Below are positions 60,242-64,000 of a stretch of 64,000 nt of DNA, in pieces; position 1 is the first letter of the stretch, and each line of letters begins with the position of its first letter. Source of the stretch: Candidatus Marinacidobacterales bacterium (lineage in GTDB: Bacteria; Acidobacteriota; Vicinamibacteria; Marinacidobacterales; SMYC01). The stretch is taken from positions 1,312,001 to 1,376,000 of the forward strand of contig CBDCYI010000005.1 in assembly GCA_965224085.1 (NCBI GenBank). The letters are read 5' to 3'. Both the position numbers and the translations under genes were made by a program. A model generated the notes under the pieces. The model did not search any database. It had not been told where the DNA came from and saw only the letters and a program-made list of their open reading frames with translations.

Positions 60242-62704
60242 CTAATGCGCGACCGACTCTCCCGCCACCGACCCATCGTCCTCTAGTGGATCGGGCGACT
60301 CGGACGGCAGATCGCTCACGATCGAAGCACTCTCGTCGAACGCTTCCAGCGACGCGTCGCGTGGCGGCGCCGTCAGCGCAGTCTCGAAAACCTCCTCGAT
60401 GTTGTCCACGAGCTTGATCGCAAGCGCCTCGCGGATATTTGCCGGGATCTCGCTCAGATCCGTTTCGTTGTCGAGTGGAAGAATGATGCGCGCAATTCCC
60501 GCGCGATGCGCGGCTAGCAGTTTCTCTTTGACCCCACCTATCGACAGTACTTTACCACGAAGCGTGATCTCACCGGTCATCGCCACATTGGAGTGAACCG
60601 GTATCTCCGTAAGAGCGGAGAGGAGCGCGGTGGCAATGGTGATGCCGGCAGACGGGCCGTCTTTTGGGATGGCGCCTTCCGGTACATGCAAATGAATGTC
60701 GCGCTTGTTGTGAAAGTCTTTAGGAAGCCGATAACGCTCGGCGCGGGAGCGGATGACCGACAAGGCTGCGCGCGCAGATTCCTGCATGACGTCACCCAGC
60801 TTTCCCGTGAGCGTGAGATCGCCCTTGCCCGGCATGAGCGTCGCTTCAGTGGTGAGAAGCTCGCCACCGACCTCAGTCCAAGCAAGACCGGTGGCGACGC
60901 CGATTTCGGCCTCACCTTCCTTGCTGCGGGGGCGGAATTTCGGGATGCCGAGCTGTTCCCCCACAAACTTCTCGTCGACAGCAATCTCGAGATCCGTCCC
61001 GGCTCGCACGATCTTCCGAGCGACTTTTCGGAAAAGCGAAGCGATCTCGCGCTCGAGGCTTCGGACACCCGATTCTCGCGTATAGCGCCGGATGATCTCG
61101 ACGATAGCGTCGTCGCTCATCGAGACTCTCTGGTTCTTGAGGCCATTCGCCTCTTTCTGCTTTTCCACGAGAAAGCGTTTAGCGATCTCGAGCTTCTCTT
61201 CCTCCGTATAGCCGGGAAGCCGGATGATCTCGAGCCGGTCCATCAAAGCGTGAGGCATGTTCGAGAGCGCGTTCGCGGTGGCGATGAACATCACGTGCGA
61301 CAGGTCGTATTCGACATCGAGATAGTGATCCTGGAACGAGTTGTTTTGCTCCGGATCGAGCACTTCGAGCAGGGCCGAGGCCGGGTCGCCCCGAAAATCC
61401 ATACTCATCTTGTCGACTTCGTCGAACAGTAAGAGTGGATTCACCGTGCCGGCTTTTTTCATCATCTGGATGATTTGACCGGGGAAAGCGCCGATATAAG
61501 TGCGCCGGTGGCCGCGGATCTCAGCTTCGTCGCGCACACCGCCGAGCGACAAGCGCACGAATTTGCGATTCGTGGCTCTAGCCACGGATTTCGCGAGCGA
61601 CGTCTTTCCGACGCCGGGCGGCCCGACGAGGCAAAGAATCGGGCCTTTTTGCTTCTTGACTAGCTTGCGGACGGCGAGGAACTCGAGAATGCGGTCTTTG
61701 ACTTTCGCGAGGCCGTAATGGTCTTCGTCGAGAACACGTTCGGCTCGGGTGATGTCGCGGCTCTCCCGTGTTCTCTTCTTCCACGGGACCGCCAAGAGCC
61801 AATCGAGATAGTTGCGGGACACGGTCGCTTCCGCCGACATCGGCGGCATGGCTTCGAGGCGCTTGAGCTCGATGATCGCTTTATCTTCGGCCTCGGACGT
61901 CATCCGAGCCTCGGCGATACGCGTGCGAAGCTCGTCGGTCTCGTTCCCTTTCTCGTCTCTCTTACCGAGCTCCTTTTGAATCGCCTTCATCTTTTCGTTG
62001 AGGTAGTACTCCTTCTGCGCACGCTCCATTTGCTTGCGTACGCGGCCCTGGACCCGCCGGTCGACTTGGAGCTTGTCCACTTCGAGCTCGAGGATGCTGG
62101 CTATGCGGGTCAGTCTTTCGAAGGGGTTCCAGATCTCGAGCAGATTCTGCTTTTCCTCGACCGTCATCACCAAGTGTGACGCGATGGTGTCGGCGAGCTT
62201 AGAGGGCTCATCCACCTGGACGGCGGCGTTTCTGACTTCGTTTTGAAGGTTGCTCGCGAGCTTGACGTATTGCTCGAACAGTGACACGACCTTGCTGATG
62301 AGCTCATCCGAGCCCGGTGGAAGATCGCGCGGCTTGGGCACGGTCTTGACGACGACCTTATAGAAGCCGTCCTCATCACGGCATTCGATCGTTCGGCCGC
62401 GATCGATGCCTTCCACGAGGACTTTAATGTTGCCGTCGGGAAGCTTCAACGATTGCAGGATGTTCGCGACCGTCCCGACCGTATAGATGTCGGGTGCACC
62501 CGGATTATCCGTAGTCGCGTCATGCTGGGCTGCAAGGAAAATCCTGCGATCGTGCGCGAGCGCGTATTCGAGCGCGTGCACCGAGGACGATCGGCCGATG
62601 ACGAAGGGCATCATCATATATGGAAAGATGACGACGTCCCGCAAGGGAACCATCGGAAGCGTCTCTCGGACTTCCGCGCGGTCTTTGCTCTTGGAGCCGA
62701 ACAT
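60242..62704 (-). CDS. lon: Lon protease
   Basis: [25 protein letters not shown] of catalytic dyad. Confidence 0.98.
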   Translation of the reverse strand: MFGSKSKDRAEVRETLPMVPLRDVVIFPYMMMPFVIGRSSSVHALEYALAHDRRIFLAAQHDATTDNPGAPDIYTVGTVANILQSLKLPDGNIKVLVEGIDRGRTIECRDEDGFYKVVVKTVPKPRDLPPGSDELISKVVSLFEQYVKLASNLQNEVRNAAVQVDEPSKLADTIASHLVMTVEEKQNLLEIWNPFERLTRIASILELEVDKLQVDRRVQGRVRKQMERAQKEYYLNEKMKAIQKELGKRDEKGNETDELRTRIAEARMTSEAEDKAIIELKRLEAMPPMSAEATVSRNYLDWLLAVPWKKRTRESRDITRAERVLDEDHYGLAKVKDRILEFLAVRKLVKKQKGPILCLVGPPGVGKTSLAKSVARATNRKFVRLSLGGVRDEAEIRGHRRTYIGAFPGQIIQMMKKAGTVNPLLLFDEVDKMSMDFRGDPASALLEVLDPEQNNSFQDHYLDVEYDLSHVMFIATANALSNMPHALMDRLEIIRLPGYTEEEKLEIAKRFLVEKQKEANGLKNQRVSMSDDAIVEIIRRYTRESGVRSLEREIASLFRKVARKIVRAGTDLEIAVDEKFVGEQLGIPKFRPRSKEGEAEIGVATGLAWTEVGGELLTTEATLMPGKGDLTLTGKLGDVMQESARAALSVIRSRAERYRLPKDFHNKRDIHLHVPEGAIPKDGPSAGITIATALLSALTEIPVHSNVAMTGEITLRGKVLSIGGVKEKLLAAHRAGIARIILPLDNETDLSEIPANIREALAIKLVDNIEEVFETALTAPPRDASLEAFDESASIVSDLPSESPDPLEDDGSVAGESVAH

Positions 62705-62881
62705 ATCGGTCGTGACTCGTCCCTGGTTAGCGCCTGTTCAGTTTGGCGTCCGGTCGGTGCCCGTTCGGTCTGGTTTCAATTTGGGGAATTCGGTTCGCCG
62801 CGCAAACGGCGCGACGTGCCGTAATGAATAGCGTGTTCGATAATTTTAAAAAAAATGTCGCTTGTGGCCGGACTCGAGTGC

Positions 62882-64000
62882 CTAGCCTGCCTTCTCGATT
62901 AGCGTCATCGATTTCTCGCTGTCTTCCACAATTTCCTTGGTGACAACGACTTCTTTTACCTTTTTCTGAGACGGCAGATTATACATCATGTCGAGCATGA
63001 GGTCTTCGATGATCATCCGCAGGCCGCGGGCGCCAATATTGCGGTCGACCGCCAAGTCGGCGATGGCGCCGAGCGCGTCATCTGTGAATCGGAGCTTGAC
63101 GTTTTCGTACTCGAACAACCTCTGATACTGCTTGATGATGGCATTTCTCGGCTCGCTCATGATGCGGATGAGCGCGTCCCTACCGAGCTCGTGAAGCGTG
63201 CCCATGACGGGAAGCCTCCCGACGAATTCAGGGATAAGTCCATATTTGATGAGGTCGGTAGGCTGGACTTTTCCGAAGACCGCGCCATTGCCGGGCGTTT
63301 TCACCTTCAAATCCGCACGGAAGCCCAGACTCTTCTTTCCGATGCGCCGCTCGATGATCTTGTCGAGCCCCACGAAGGCCCCGCCCGCGATGAACAGGAT
63401 GTTCGTCGTATCGATCTGATAGAACTCCTGATGCGGATGTTTGCGGCCGCCTTGGGGTGGTACGTTCGCTACCGTGCCTTCGAGGATCTTCAAGAGTGCC
63501 TGCTGGACGCCTTCGCCGGAGACGTCGCGCGTGATGGAAGGGTTCTCGTCCTTGCGGCAGATCTTGTCGATTTCGTCGATATAGATGATGCCTTCCTGCG
63601 CTTTTTCGATATCTCCCTGGGCGGCCTGGAGGAGCTTGAGGATAATGTTCTCGACATCCTCGCCCACATAGCCCGCTTCGGTGAGCGTGGTGGCGTCCAC
63701 GATCGTGAACGGCACCGAAAGCAGCTTCGCGAGCGTTTGCGCGAGCAAAGTCTTTCCCGTGCCCGTGGCCCCGATAAGTAGAATGTTGCTTTTGGTGAGC
63801 TCGACGTCCTGGCGCGCCTTGGACTTCATGATGTTGACGCGCTTGTAGTGGTTGTACACGGCGACGGCGAGCCGCTTTTTCGCCTCTTCCTGACCGACGA
63901 CATATTCGTCGAGGAATTGTTTGATCTCTACCGGCGTCGGGAGCGTCGAGCGCTGCGACCGATTCTCGAAACGGTGATCGTCAGCAATGATGTCGTTGCA
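62882..64000 (-). CDS. clpX: ClpX ATPase (5' end outside window)
   Basis: [47 protein letters not shown] loop. Confidence 0.97.
   Translation of the reverse strand, partial: CNDIIADDHRFENRSQRSTLPTPVEIKQFLDEYVVGQEEAKKRLAVAVYNHYKRVNIMKSKARQDVELTKSNILLIGATGTGKTLLAQTLAKLLSVPFTIVDATTLTEAGYVGEDVENIILKLLQAAQGDIEKAQEGIIYIDEIDKICRKDENPSITRDVSGEGVQQALLKILEGTVANVPPQGGRKHPHQEFYQIDTTNILFIAGGAFVGLDKIIERRIGKKSLGFRADLKVKTPGNGAVFGKVQPTDLIKYGLIPEFVGRLPVMGTLHELGRDALIRIMSEPRNAIIKQYQRLFEYENVKLRFTDDALGAIADLAVDRNIGARGLRMIIEDLMLDMMYNLPSQKKVKEVVVTKEIVEDSEKSMTLIEKAG

Noticed and set aside
62705-62881. Heat-shock operator (CIRCE/CtsR) upstream of lon
   Set aside because: No match to TTAGCACTC-N9-GAGTGCTAA or CtsR heptad repeats

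Overview
GC-rich bacterial chromosome window, probably Acidobacteriota (inferred from a GWxTD-type protein, HEAT-repeat cyclophilin, PEGA domain and GGVxGG-repeat TonB proteins). The backbone is intact housekeeping genes, mostly on the minus strand: tonB/exbB/exbD, tgt-yajC-secD-secF, uppS-cdsA-dxr-rseP, truA, pyrR-pyrB-pyrC, lspA-lgt-rluD, an RDD/SpoIIM/MoxR/DUF58 operon, and clpX-lon-engB-rho-rpmE-prfA-prmC-murA. Four things are not shown by the ORF track. (1) A stand-alone 24-aa Lys/Ala peptide gene (MAKKKAAKKKAKKKATKKKAAKKK) has a near-consensus sigma70 promoter, tandem NrdR-like boxes 31 bp apart, a strong RBS and an intrinsic terminator. (2) An ISNCY-type IS, a 217-bp MITE and a possible collapsed MITE end all sit on TAG/CTAG stop codons of essential genes. 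(3) Accessory functions are selectively decayed: uvrA has two deletions, a head-to-head deletion fuses an ABC exporter to a type IV pilus operon, pilV, pilY1, a secretin-like gene, an RDD gene and vapC are broken, and a sigma54 promoter has no downstream gene. (4) There are two families of short intergenic hairpin repeats. Assembly error cannot be excluded for the lesions without reads. No rRNA, tRNA or CRISPR array was seen. All family assignments come from motif recognition, not database searches.
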